Below the pieces are notes generated by a model. That model did no database searches. It had not been told where the DNA came from and worked only from the letters and a program-made list of their open reading frames with translations. Of a stretch of DNA of 64,000 nucleotides, positions 36,314-46,052 are shown piece after piece. Source of the stretch: a virus; IMG/VR virus record IMGVR_UViG_3300010412_000004, positions 15,013 to 79,012 of that record. One strand, written 5' to 3'. Both the position numbers and the translations under genes were made by a program. Numbering within the stretch: position 1 is the stretch's first letter; each line of letters opens with the position of its first letter.

Positions 36314-37918
36314 ATGGCAGAAAAGGATGCTCTCCTTGATGAAACCGTAGTTCAATATCTCCAGAAAATTCCTGATGACGTTTTATCCCATATTGCCTTC
36401 AGCGTTCCATGGCAACATGGTGTGAGTGATTATGGAGGACTCGAATCTTCTACTGATGAAGATGGGTTTCCTGTTCTACCTGTTGAAGGAGGGAAGGAAA
36501 CTCCTAATACCATTAGGAAGATACTCCAAAGCACCTGTTGGGATAAGGCTCATGATAATCCTCATATCAATACTTCTGTGAGAGGATTGGTAGGTAGAAT
36601 AACAGGATGGGGATTTGAGACTACAAGTGAGAGTCTTAAGGTGCAAAGGGCTATAGAAGAGATAGAGCTTGATGAGAGAAATCGGCTCTATTATTTTTGG
36701 CCTAAATACATAGCAAGACTACAGATAGAAGGAGAGCTCTATGTATGTCTTACCCTCCATGCAGATGGATTCGTGGAGATAGATTTTATTGATCCTTCCA
36801 CAGTTGATGGTAGTGTAGGCGGTAACTGTGGAATAATTTTCCATCCAAATAAAACATTGATGCCATTGATGTATAACATTCGAAAGAATGGTGTCAACCA
36901 TCAACAGATTCCCTCCATTTTTTGTGCAAGATACCCTGAATTACTAGCATTAGCGGCAGAAGATGACCAATTTGATGCCAAATTACAGGGAAAAAGCAAG
37001 TCTCGAAAGCAGGTTTTCAGTAGGTTTAAGGGTTATAACAAGTTCATCGTCGGTTTTGATAAGGGATTCGTGACTAAAAGAGCGGTTTCCTACCTCAGAA
37101 CAACTTTGCAGTGGATCAACCATTACGAAAATCTTAAGAAATATGAAATAGATCATAAGAAGTCCGCAGGCTCCTACCTATGGATTTTTAAGATAATAGA
37201 CCCAAAGAGCTTCAAACTTTGGTTGAGCTTGTCTGATGAAGACCGTAAAAAGACGGGAATAATGGCAAAGAAAAGTCCTGGATCCTCTCTAGTTCTACCT
37301 CCTGGTATGGAGGTAGAAGTTGTAAATCCTACCTTAACTTCTATTAAAGATCAGGATACTGATGTATTGGAAATGATAGGTAGTGGACTGAATGAGCCTG
37401 GAGACGTTTTAACGGGCACTCCAAGAGGTCCTTATGCCTCAGTAAAGGCCTCTAGAGGACCTATGTCAGATAGAGTGTCTGATGAAATTGCGTATTTTGA
37501 TCGTTGGTATAAACATCATTTCTGGAGTTCTATCTTTTTTTTAAAGTCCTCTGTATCCAATTTTCCAAGTAGTATTACAGTGGAGGAGGCTACTGAGTTT
37601 GATGGGGGAGAGCCGAAATTTGAGAAAGTTAAGAGACGGCCTGAACAACTCATTGACGTTTCTTACCCATCATCCGAGGTAATTGATTTGGAATCAAGGT
37701 CAAGGGCTTTATTGGGGGTAAAGCACGGACCTATGAGCGAACAACTCGGTATTCCAAATAGTGAGGTAGCACGTAGAATAGGTATTGGAGGATATGCTCG
37801 TATGAGATTGAGGAAGGCTACCGAAGATAAGAAATTTCCAGAATTGGTATATGAGGCAGGTGTTGATACGGAGTCTGTTCAAGAGTCCGTGGAGGGGGAA
37901 CCAGGTAAAAAAGAATAG
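36314..37918 (+). CDS. Portal protein
   Basis: Size and position between TerL and protease; IEGELY, FIDP, LVLPPG patterns. Confidence 0.78.
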   Translation: MAEKDALLDETVVQYLQKIPDDVLSHIAFSVPWQHGVSDYGGLESSTDEDGFPVLPVEGGKETPNTIRKILQSTCWDKAHDNPHINTSVRGLVGRITGWGFETTSESLKVQRAIEEIELDERNRLYYFWPKYIARLQIEGELYVCLTLHADGFVEIDFIDPSTVDGSVGGNCGIIFHPNKTLMPLMYNIRKNGVNHQQIPSIFCARYPELLALAAEDDQFDAKLQGKSKSRKQVFSRFKGYNKFIVGFDKGFVTKRAVSYLRTTLQWINHYENLKKYEIDHKKSAGSYLWIFKIIDPKSFKLWLSLSDEDRKKTGIMAKKSPGSSLVLPPGMEVEVVNPTLTSIKDQDTDVLEMIGSGLNEPGDVLTGTPRGPYASVKASRGPMSDRVSDEIAYFDRWYKHHFWSSIFFLKSSVSNFPSSITVEEATEFDGGEPKFEKVKRRPEQLIDVSYPSSEVIDLESRSRALLGVKHGPMSEQLGIPNSEVARRIGIGGYARMRLRKATEDKKFPELVYEAGVDTESVQESVEGEPGKKE

Positions 37919-37926
37919 GAGGTAGT

Positions 37927-39597
37927 ATGCCTTGGGCGGTAGGAGATGTTGATAGGCACAAGAAGGGCCTTACTCCTGCACAGAAGAAAAAGTGGGTATC
38001 TATCGCCAATGGAGTTCTAAGGAGTTGCCAATCCTCTGGAGGTTCGGATTGTGAAGGTAAGGCTATAAGAATTGCAAATTCTAAATTTATGCTTTTGAGT
38101 GAAGGTTCTCCCTGGACGGTAAATGATTTGGAAGAACATTATGAGTTTTTCCAGATTATGGAGGGGGAAAATGATATTCAGAGCTTGCAACGTTCTTCTA
38201 GTAGAGATAGACCTGGAGGATCAAACGCTGGAAGATACAAAACTAAAGGACCTTATTGTGGACCTTCAGGAGGTGCACCGGCAGGGACTTATCCTGTTAA
38301 TACGAGAGCGAGAGCGAGAGCCGCTGTTAGTTATGCCAGGCATGCACCCAATCCGTCTGGGATAAAAAAATGTGTGTGTAGACATTGGCCTTCTTTACCT
38401 TCATGTAGAAAAAACAAAGGGAGTGATACAATGGAACAAAAAATACCGAAAGGAGCACTAAGATTTGTTGACCAAGGCTGCCACGCCCATGTGGAGTTAC
38501 AAGATGCAGGGGAAGGCAAAACTAAACCTAAAATGAAGATGACGGCCTATACCGGAGGTATTATTAAAGGTCATTGGTACTGGGGGGATCTGGCAATCGA
38601 CCTTGAAGGATTGAAATTTGATCAATCAAGGTATCCAATTTTAGAGGATCACAATACAGCGAGAAAGATAGGCCATATGTCTAAGCCTAGTATAGAGGAA
38701 GGGAAATTGACTATTCCTGAGGATGTGGTGTTTCTGGACAACGATGCGGCGAATGAGTTTATTAAGAATACTACTACTAAACCTCCCTTTCCTTATCAGG
38801 CTAGTATTTATGCTAAGCCTATTGCTGTTGAACGGTTAGAAGAAGGCGCCAAGGCAAAGGTTAATGGATTTGATATGAAAGGTCCTGGTTCCATTTGGAG
38901 GTCGGCTATTTTTAAGGAGGCCTCGGTTTGTGTTTTTGGATGGGATAGTAAAACCAGTGCCTCCGCCTTTTCTAAAGAGGAGATGGAGGATGTGGACTTT
39001 GAGGAAGAGGAAGTCGTCTCCATCGAGGAAAAAATTCAATTAAAACGTAGGAAGGAGGTGAAAACAATTATGAACCTGGAAGAACTCAAAGAACAATACC
39101 CTGATCTCTTTGAGGAGGTTACTCAGTTGGGAATTGCCCAAGCCAAAGAGGAATTCAAAAAAGTTGAGAATTCCTTTACGGTTAGTATGAAAGCCCTTGA
39201 AGAGAAAGTGGAGAAACTGTCGGTCAGGAATTTGGATTTGGAGAAAAAGGACATCGAGAGAAGTGAGAAAGAGCTCAAAGCTCGTTCCCGTGACGTATGG
39301 ATGAACAAGCTCTCCAGTAGTGCCATTCCTGAGAGGTACTTCGATAAAATCATGGCCCATGTTGACCATAACAAGTTCGTCAGTGAGGGTGTTTTTGATG
39401 AAGCTAAGTTTGTTGAGGCCGTAGTGGCGGAAATCAAAGATTGGGAAGATCGAGGTATCACACAGACAGTTCTGGGATCCGGGTTTTCGGAGAGACAAGT
39501 CGGTGATCAGAAAACAGGTAAGGCAGACAATACTGATGTAAAGTCTACTACCGCTCGTCTTCTGAGCCATGTGGGTCAAAAGCCCAAGCAAGAATAA
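37927..39597 (+). CDS. Prohead protease/scaffold polyprotein with extra N-terminal domains
   Basis: AYTGG, PILEDH, QASI, EASVCVFGWD; coiled-coil C-terminus. Confidence 0.8.
   Translation: MPWAVGDVDRHKKGLTPAQKKKWVSIANGVLRSCQSSGGSDCEGKAIRIANSKFMLLSEGSPWTVNDLEEHYEFFQIMEGENDIQSLQRSSSRDRPGGSNAGRYKTKGPYCGPSGGAPAGTYPVNTRARARAAVSYARHAPNPSGIKKCVCRHWPSLPSCRKNKGSDTMEQKIPKGALRFVDQGCHAHVELQDAGEGKTKPKMKMTAYTGGIIKGHWYWGDLAIDLEGLKFDQSRYPILEDHNTARKIGHMSKPSIEEGKLTIPEDVVFLDNDAANEFIKNTTTKPPFPYQASIYAKPIAVERLEEGAKAKVNGFDMKGPGSIWRSAIFKEASVCVFGWDSKTSASAFSKEEMEDVDFEEEEVVSIEEKIQLKRRKEVKTIMNLEELKEQYPDLFEEVTQLGIAQAKEEFKKVENSFTVSMKALEEKVEKLSVRNLDLEKKDIERSEKELKARSRDVWMNKLSSSAIPERYFDKIMAHVDHNKFVSEGVFDEAKFVEAVVAEIKDWEDRGITQTVLGSGFSERQVGDQKTGKADNTDVKSTTARLLSHVGQKPKQE
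39070..39597 (+). CDS. Nested in-frame scaffolding protein
   Basis: Internal AAGGAGGTGA RBS before in-frame ATG (MNLEELKEQYP). Confidence 0.65.
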   Translation: MNLEELKEQYPDLFEEVTQLGIAQAKEEFKKVENSFTVSMKALEEKVEKLSVRNLDLEKKDIERSEKELKARSRDVWMNKLSSSAIPERYFDKIMAHVDHNKFVSEGVFDEAKFVEAVVAEIKDWEDRGITQTVLGSGFSERQVGDQKTGKADNTDVKSTTARLLSHVGQKPKQE

Positions 39598-39651
39598 TCC
39601 TAAAAAGTTTTACGGCCATATTAACTCCTAAATGGAAGGAGGTGAATAAGT

Positions 39652-40347
39652 ATGACATTAATTCGTGGAGGGGATACCCCTCATGTTCTTCATGGTGTAG
39701 CCAAGGACTATAAACGTCTTTACTATTCAGACCATCTGGCTGCCTTAAGAGTTGATGTTACTCTTCAGGCTGGCTATGGTCTGGTAGAACAAGGTTCTGC
39801 TCTAGCTATGAACATTTCAGCCGCTGGTAATATTGGGAAGTTGGTTCCGTACAATCCTACTTCCTGGGATTTTTCCTCACTCCATCCAGGTCGTGCCTTC
39901 CTTGTTGCCAATACTGGAACAACGGATAAATTCGTCTATGTGGCGATGGAGGACAGTTATAAATTCGCTATTGGGGATGATGTTATCCTTAATGATAACA
40001 CAACCTCGGCTGAAAACAAAGGTGCGATCACAGCTATTGATAGAACCTCTGAGGTTCATCGGGCTAAGATCACCTTTACCGCGGCAATTGGTGGTACAGC
40101 TTTCTTGACCACCCGTTATGCGTATCTTGCCGTGGAGGCAGGAGATAATACCAACAATTATTCAGATTGTGTTGGTATTCTGGAGAAATCAGTTGACACC
40201 GGCGCTGGTCAATACGCCAAAGGTGCCAACGCCACCTTGATCATTGGTAACGCGGTCCTTTATGAGGGTCTGCTCACCAATGTTGACTCGGCGGCAAAAA
40301 CAGACCTGTCCGCTGGTTCATTTGGACAGTACCTTTATATGAGATAA
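39652..40347 (+). CDS. Head decoration protein
   Basis: Directly before MCP; VTLQAGYG..GSAL, VGIL (gpD-like) with inserted domain. Confidence 0.7.
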   Translation: MTLIRGGDTPHVLHGVAKDYKRLYYSDHLAALRVDVTLQAGYGLVEQGSALAMNISAAGNIGKLVPYNPTSWDFSSLHPGRAFLVANTGTTDKFVYVAMEDSYKFAIGDDVILNDNTTSAENKGAITAIDRTSEVHRAKITFTAAIGGTAFLTTRYAYLAVEAGDNTNNYSDCVGILEKSVDTGAGQYAKGANATLIIGNAVLYEGLLTNVDSAAKTDLSAGSFGQYLYMR

Positions 40348-40375
40348 AAATTCACTACGGAAGGAGGTGAAAAAT

Positions 40376-41704
40376 ATGCCAAGAGGTGCTTCCGACATTC
40401 CAGAACTGAGGTTGGAGGTTTTACAGGATTTCATGGAAACCTTCATGACTCCTCCCAACTTCGTTCTGCAAAATATGTTTCCTACTCGTCAATCGCCGTC
40501 GAGTACCATTAAGTGGGAAAGTCGTAGAGGAGGAAGAGGTTTAACACCCTTTGTTCCTCCAGGTGCTCCTGCACCACAGACGGCACCGCTCGGTGTTGCA
40601 CAACATCAAGCGGAGGCGGCATACTGGAAGGAGAAAATGCCGTTCGACGAGGAATTTCTTAATAACCTACGTAGACCAGGTACCACGGTAGAGCATCAGT
40701 CGGCGGAACAAACGCTGGCTGAGAATTTGGCGAGTCTTAAAAATAGGTCTAGTCGTAGAAAAGAGTGGATGTTCGCTCAGATGCTCTTCAATAATGGTTT
40801 CAGCTATAAGGTGAAGCAGGGATATATGGCGTCGGTGGATTATCAAATTCCATCTGTCAACCGTGTAACCCTAGCTAGTGCTCGAAACTGGAACAATGGA
40901 GGTAGTAAAAACATTCTGGAGGACATTCAATCAGGTAAGCAGGTAATTCATGATGCTTGTGGTGCGAAGGTGAATATCGCCCTTTTTAACTCGAGTGTCT
41001 TAAAACTGCTCGCCAACGATTCGGCTATCCAAACCCTTTTGAGAAAGGATGCTTTCGGTCTTGGTAACCTTTATGGTAACCTAGCGGCCAACGTCCACGA
41101 CATCATTGGGGTGAACGCTGCCGTGCTGGGAGCCTTGCTTGATATTGATCAATTCATAGTTTATGATGAGCAGTATGAGATTCAAGCCTGGCTGACCGCC
41201 GCCGTAACAGGCGGATCCACTACCTGGGTTTCAGTTGACTCTTCCCAAGATTTTGAGGCTGGAGGAGTTCTTAAAATCCATGATCAGAGCACTGGTGATT
41301 GGGAGGAAAGGGTAATTCTTTCTGTGAGTCAGGAAACTCAAAGAATCCAGATTGAGTATCCTACCACCTATAATTACCTGCCAGGTCAGGATTTTGTCCG
41401 TATGGCTAAGAAGTACGTCCCGGATGACAAATTCGTGATGATGGCCACACGAGTAGATGGTCAACCCATTGCCCAATACTATGAGGCTCCCTTTGGGAGG
41501 GCTCGTAGATGGGGACAGTATGTGGACCAGAGTGAAGATTGGGATCCTGAAGTTGTTTGGATCCGCGTTCAAGATAAAGGCCTCCCTGTTCTAATGCAGA
41601 GAGATGCCATGTATGTCCTCACGGTGTGGACACCGCCTGAGTTAGCGGCTACGTCAACCACAACCACTACTTCTTCAAGTAGTACGACCACGACCACCGC
41701 GTAA
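40376..41704 (+). CDS. Major capsid protein (lambda E-like) with C-terminal Ser/Thr tail
   Basis: LTPFVPPG, RRKEWMFAQML, VDYQIP, DP..WIRVQ.KGLPV; strong RBS. Confidence 0.88.
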   Translation: MPRGASDIPELRLEVLQDFMETFMTPPNFVLQNMFPTRQSPSSTIKWESRRGGRGLTPFVPPGAPAPQTAPLGVAQHQAEAAYWKEKMPFDEEFLNNLRRPGTTVEHQSAEQTLAENLASLKNRSSRRKEWMFAQMLFNNGFSYKVKQGYMASVDYQIPSVNRVTLASARNWNNGGSKNILEDIQSGKQVIHDACGAKVNIALFNSSVLKLLANDSAIQTLLRKDAFGLGNLYGNLAANVHDIIGVNAAVLGALLDIDQFIVYDEQYEIQAWLTAAVTGGSTTWVSVDSSQDFEAGGVLKIHDQSTGDWEERVILSVSQETQRIQIEYPTTYNYLPGQDFVRMAKKYVPDDKFVMMATRVDGQPIAQYYEAPFGRARRWGQYVDQSEDWDPEVVWIRVQDKGLPVLMQRDAMYVLTVWTPPELAATSTTTTTSSSSTTTTTA

Positions 41705-41732
41705 TAGTGGCTGGTTGGAAGAGGATCAATCG

Positions 41733-41990
41733 ATGAATATCGAAAAGGTAATAATTAAGGTTACACTTAAAGGTGTTTCTAATCAATGGGAAGAAGGGGA
41801 GGTGTTATTTCCTCCCCTTCCCCAGGAAATTTTGCAAGAAATTGACCTAGGTAGGGATACCGTTGAGGTAGTAAAAATGGATGAAATTCCAAATAACATA
41901 ATAGGATTACCTTCAATTACTACCTTAGTAAAAACCAAATCTACTTTGAAAAGAGAGGAAACCCGTATAAAGAGAGTCAGGAGAATGTAA
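41733..41990 (+). CDS. Hypothetical head-associated protein
   Basis: Position after MCP. Confidence 0.5.
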   Translation: MNIEKVIIKVTLKGVSNQWEEGEVLFPPLPQEILQEIDLGRDTVEVVKMDEIPNNIIGLPSITTLVKTKSTLKREETRIKRVRRM

Positions 41991-42442
41991 TGGAAAGAAC
42001 TATGTTTATTCTTGAACTCAAACAAAGGGTAAAAGGTCTTTATAAGTATCTAGATAAAGTAGATTATGATAATGCTTTAGATGATGCCTCCAGAGAAACT
42101 GGATGGACATTTCCTGTTTCTGAGGATATTAAAATACTTTGGATTTTAAAAAGAGCCACAAGGCATCTTTATTCATATTTATTATCTGAATCTGCCCATA
42201 AGTTTAAATATGAACAGATTAACCTTCAACAAAGATATGAACATTACCGACAACTTGTAATAGATTTTGATAAAGAGTTCACTATATTTGTAGAGGAAAG
42301 GATTGATTTATTCGCAGGAGTTGATCCTTTTAAAATGTTTGCAACCAAAATAGATGCTGGATTCTCTTATGACATAGTAGGTAATGAAGATACATATAAT
42401 AAAAATAATGAGGTAATATTTACCCCTACTGAGAATGATTGA
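41990..42442 (+). CDS. Putative head-tail adaptor
   Basis: Helical, position in neck module. Confidence 0.5.
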   Translation: MERTMFILELKQRVKGLYKYLDKVDYDNALDDASRETGWTFPVSEDIKILWILKRATRHLYSYLLSESAHKFKYEQINLQQRYEHYRQLVIDFDKEFTIFVEERIDLFAGVDPFKMFATKIDAGFSYDIVGNEDTYNKNNEVIFTPTEND

Positions 42443-43116
42443 TGACCATTGGACCTGATATAAAGGAAGCTATTGTAGAGATAGGAACCTTATTTACAAT
42501 AGAAAGGGAATCTGGGGATATCACAGGGGAATACCTTAGTTATAAATCTAATGCTCAGGTTACCAAACCGTTCATTAGAGAATTCTTTTTAGATGCAGAA
42601 CTATGTTATGATACGGAGGGTATTGGTGGGGATATAATCAAGTTCAATGCTACTGGAACTCGATATATCATCATGAACCGTACCCCAATTCAGTTTGAGG
42701 ATACCGTAATTAAGTGGGAGACCACTTTATATAAATCCAATACTCTCATTAATGTATATAGGCAATCATTAGTGAGAAACAGTCAAACCTATAGAATGGA
42801 TGTTACTTGGTCTCTTGTAGAATATAATAGATATGCCCTTATAACATCTCCACTCTATGGTATAGACCTTGAAACTGATGAACAATTAGGATTGTTGGGA
42901 TTACAGGTACATGAGATGTATGTTCCAACATCCTATGATATTAAAGCACATGATCGGGTTCTTGTAATTGGGGAAAATGAGTATTTTAGGGTAGAGGCTG
43001 TAAAGAAGAGAAGATATGAAGGTGTGAATGTCCTTGAAATTGGTTATGATACAAGAGCCACTTCCACCACTACTTCCTCCTCAACTTCAACCTCTACAAC
43101 CACTACCACAGCTTAG
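42442..43116 (+). CDS. Putative head-closure/neck protein with C-terminal Ser/Thr tail
   Basis: Beta-rich, DRV..YFRVEAV; ends STSTTTTTA. Confidence 0.55.
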   Translation: MTIGPDIKEAIVEIGTLFTIERESGDITGEYLSYKSNAQVTKPFIREFFLDAELCYDTEGIGGDIIKFNATGTRYIIMNRTPIQFEDTVIKWETTLYKSNTLINVYRQSLVRNSQTYRMDVTWSLVEYNRYALITSPLYGIDLETDEQLGLLGLQVHEMYVPTSYDIKAHDRVLVIGENEYFRVEAVKKRRYEGVNVLEIGYDTRATSTTTSSSTSTSTTTTTA

Positions 43117-43160
43117 GGGTTCAATTTTGGGATCTTTTTTCAGTATAGGAGAATATACTG

Positions 43161-43358
43161 ATGCCAACTAGTATTTATCAAGACTTTTGTCCAATCTGTA
43201 AGACGAGCACTTCTATATGGAAGGAGGGTAGGAAGATAACCTTGATGTGTCCTAGATGCAATCAAATTATCGCTGTTTATGAAATTCAAAATGATGTAGG
43301 TCATGGGAGTTTGCCTAAGGGAGAGTCTGTCCCTATTAATCCTAGTCACATCACTTGA
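43161..43358 (+). CDS. Small Zn-ribbon protein (Com-like)
   Basis: CPIC..ITLMCPRCNQII. Confidence 0.5.
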   Translation: MPTSIYQDFCPICKTSTSIWKEGRKITLMCPRCNQIIAVYEIQNDVGHGSLPKGESVPINPSHIT

Positions 43359-43801
43359 AATTTCATGTTTTTGTACTGAGATCAAATAGGCCAAATTCTA
43401 ACTTACCTAGGACCATCGAGTCTTTCTTAGGATTTGCAGATTGTATTTGGAAAGTCAGAAATTCTACCGAAATAAATTTTTTAAGTGTCCGAAGTGATTG
43501 GTTTGGTATTTTTTATGATAATGAATATATAGACGATGTCCTTAAAAAGTCTCTTGAAGAGTTTTTTGACAGGATGGAAGGAAATTCAAAAAAAGACCCT
43601 GTTCAAAGTGTGTTACTTTATAAAAGAATTCTAACTCCTAACATAGCGGCTTTTTCTGGTACACTTAGAATTTTTGGTAGAGATGTATGGTTAAAACCAG
43701 ATTTTATCCCTTTTTGTTCCTATACAATGCTATCCACAGAGGTTATTTTTAGAGGTAATATAAGAGAGCATGGCTTTTGTTTTCAATATTCAAGATTTTA
43801 G
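43355..43801 (+). CDS. Truncated/degenerate GT-A (GT2-like) protein
   Basis: LPRTIESF, SDWFGIFYDNEYID resembling DWxxxLDADE. Confidence 0.4.
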   Translation: MKFHVFVLRSNRPNSNLPRTIESFLGFADCIWKVRNSTEINFLSVRSDWFGIFYDNEYIDDVLKKSLEEFFDRMEGNSKKDPVQSVLLYKRILTPNIAAFSGTLRIFGRDVWLKPDFIPFCSYTMLSTEVIFRGNIREHGFCFQYSRF

Positions 43802-44288
43802 AAGGTGGCAAACCGCCACAGTTCGTATCATAAGGAAAATGATAATAGAGAAAAATGATTTCCCTATGAGATGTGCCGTAGGGTATGTTAATCGTGTTCG
43901 TAGTGATATAGATAGACAGACCTACTCTGGTTATTACGCTCCTTATAATGATCGATATGCAAAATGGAAACAGAAACATTTTCCAGAATCTGAAGGGTTT
44001 TGGCATTTGAGAGGATTTCTTAAAGGTAATTTAAGACCCTTCAAAGTAAGGGAGGGATGGTTTGGAGGAATTTCTGGAGACATTATAGTTCCAGGTTCTT
44101 CTTGGTTTGGGGATGGATTTAGTGGGAGGCCTGTTAGTTTAGCCCTATATGGATATTGGGGAGAATATGGAAGAACAGGACAACCTCCACGTCCATTATT
44201 TAATCCTGCTCTTGAAGAGTTTAAAAGGAATGAATGGCAGGATGAAATAACCACAACTATGCGTAAAATCAGAGAGGCTTGGATATGA
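43770..44288 (+). CDS. Tail completion/neck protein (HK97 gp10-like)
   Basis: YAKWK, EYG..GQPPRPLFNPALE. Confidence 0.7.
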   Translation: MAFVFNIQDFRRWQTATVRIIRKMIIEKNDFPMRCAVGYVNRVRSDIDRQTYSGYYAPYNDRYAKWKQKHFPESEGFWHLRGFLKGNLRPFKVREGWFGGISGDIIVPGSSWFGDGFSGRPVSLALYGYWGEYGRTGQPPRPLFNPALEEFKRNEWQDEITTTMRKIREAWI

Positions 44289-44521
44289 GGATAATTGATG
44301 TGTATCAAAAGGACACCTTTGTAGTTTTAGAACTTTCCTTAATACAACTCGAACATCTTGTTAAATGGATGAGCAGGGCGGAGAGTTCCTATGATGGAGA
44401 GAAAGAACCAGAAATGAGGATCGCAGGCGATTATGTAGTTAAGGAATTCTATAGGGGGTTATTAGATCTAGGCGAAAAAATAAAGCCTGGATTTATGGCA
44501 AATGTTGAAAGGGGTACTTAG
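44285..44521 (+). CDS. Hypothetical protein
   Basis: ATGA overlap. Confidence 0.5.
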   Translation: MRIIDVYQKDTFVVLELSLIQLEHLVKWMSRAESSYDGEKEPEMRIAGDYVVKEFYRGLLDLGEKIKPGFMANVERGT

Positions 44522-44600
44522 TACTAGTTTTTAAAATTCGTGTAGAATTCAGCATTTCAGCACATACATTTTTTAGCTCAATTAAGGAGCACAACACAAA

Positions 44601-45077
44601 ATGTCACTAGACCCTACAGCCAGACGTTCTAATATAAAAGATAGTGTTAAAAAGCATTTTGTGGATAATGTTGAGACAATAGAAGGAATTCCTGTTCTTT
44701 TTGATAGGTCCCTCATTTCTCCTGACCTTCAAGATAGATCAGTACATAGATGGGTTACAGTGGTTATGGGAGAGATGGAGATATCAGACCTTTCGGATAT
44801 ATTAATTGAGGTGTATTGTTGCACAAGGCAGGATCCTGAAGGATTTAAGCTCGCACAGGTAGTAGATAAAGTAATGACTCATTTATCAGTGGACCCTACA
44901 ACCTCTCCTACCAGTCTTAAAAGAATTCCTTTTTATCGTAGTTATTTCGATCAACCATGGGAAGAGATAGGTTCGCTCATTGTCCAACAAGTAATGGAAT
45001 CTGCAGAATTAAATGCCTCGGACGAGACTACATATAAGATATTAACTGTAAGGTTAAGAACTCCTTCTAAGGTGTGA
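44601..45077 (+). CDS. Putative tail terminator
   Basis: Size, position before major tail protein, AAGGAG RBS. Confidence 0.55.
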   Translation: MSLDPTARRSNIKDSVKKHFVDNVETIEGIPVLFDRSLISPDLQDRSVHRWVTVVMGEMEISDLSDILIEVYCCTRQDPEGFKLAQVVDKVMTHLSVDPTTSPTSLKRIPFYRSYFDQPWEEIGSLIVQQVMESAELNASDETTYKILTVRLRTPSKV

Positions 45078-45078
45078 T

Positions 45079-45375
45079 ATGGGCAGAAAATTCTTTTATT
45101 GTAGGAAATGTGGGAAAAAGTTGATACAGAAGATGCCAAATGGTCTTTGGAGATTCATATTTGGAGTATATAAGGAGGAAGATAAAAATCAATTTAACAT
45201 TCCAGATGGTGAGCCTCCTATTGAAATGCTCGTATATGGTTCTATTAAGATGAGATGTTTTAGGAAGACTTGTAGAGAGTGGAATACTCTGCATTTTTTT
45301 CCTTCTTCAGATGTATTCAATCTTGTTGGAGAAGAAAAAGGTAGTTCAATCAGAGATGAAGTTCTGGCTAAATAA
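45079..45375 (+). CDS. Zn-ribbon protein (Mu Com-like)
   Basis: CRKCGKKL...IKMRC...CREWN. Confidence 0.5.
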   Translation: MGRKFFYCRKCGKKLIQKMPNGLWRFIFGVYKEEDKNQFNIPDGEPPIEMLVYGSIKMRCFRKTCREWNTLHFFPSSDVFNLVGEEKGSSIRDEVLAK

Positions 45376-45405
45376 TATTTTATAATAGAAAGGAGGTGAA
45401 AAAAT

Positions 45406-46032
45406 ATGCCACGTTATGGTCCTGTTACTAAAGATACCACCACAGTAGCTCTAGGTCTTGCTCAGATTCGTGTTGGTGCATCGGCGGCTAATATCACAAA
45501 GATTTACCCTATATTAGCCTCGGGAGCCTCTATTGGAGCCTTAGCCAATACGAAATTTACTGGCAATACTGAGTTTTTCAGATTGGAGTCTGGTTTTCCA
45601 TTGTTAGAGGATGCTATTTTTCCTTTAAGGGAGGCCGCGGCTCTCGAATGTGCTTTTAAGGAACTTACCCCCGCCAATGTTGCCTTGGCGAAAGGGTTGG
45701 ATCCTGCTTCATATTCTGAAGTCCATACTGGTTCTGTTCCTTTAGGAACCATTGCGGCTCCTACAGTACTCAGGATGGAAGCTATTTATACCTATCCTGA
45801 TCAAACGAACACCATGAACATTATCTTCCCCAGGTGTCAGGTTGCGGCTTCTATTGAAATGGAATTTGCCGCGGAGGAACCTGCCGCCGTTGCCATCGTA
45901 ATTGAGGCTAAGAGGGCGGATAGTGAAATTACTGGAGGTAATGCAGTTTGGGATGCTATGCCTCTAGGACGTATTGTTTGGGATGATGGTACTGGGTTTA
46001 CCACTACCTCAACCACAACCACCACCGCTTAA
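45406..46032 (+). CDS. Major tail (tube) protein with C-terminal Thr tail
   Basis: Strong RBS; ELTPANVALA, IIFPR; precedes chaperones and tape measure. Confidence 0.78.
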   Translation: MPRYGPVTKDTTTVALGLAQIRVGASAANITKIYPILASGASIGALANTKFTGNTEFFRLESGFPLLEDAIFPLREAAALECAFKELTPANVALAKGLDPASYSEVHTGSVPLGTIAAPTVLRMEAIYTYPDQTNTMNIIFPRCQVAASIEMEFAAEEPAAVAIVIEAKRADSEITGGNAVWDAMPLGRIVWDDGTGFTTTSTTTTTA

Positions 46033-46052
46033 TTGAGGGGAGGATTAGTAAG

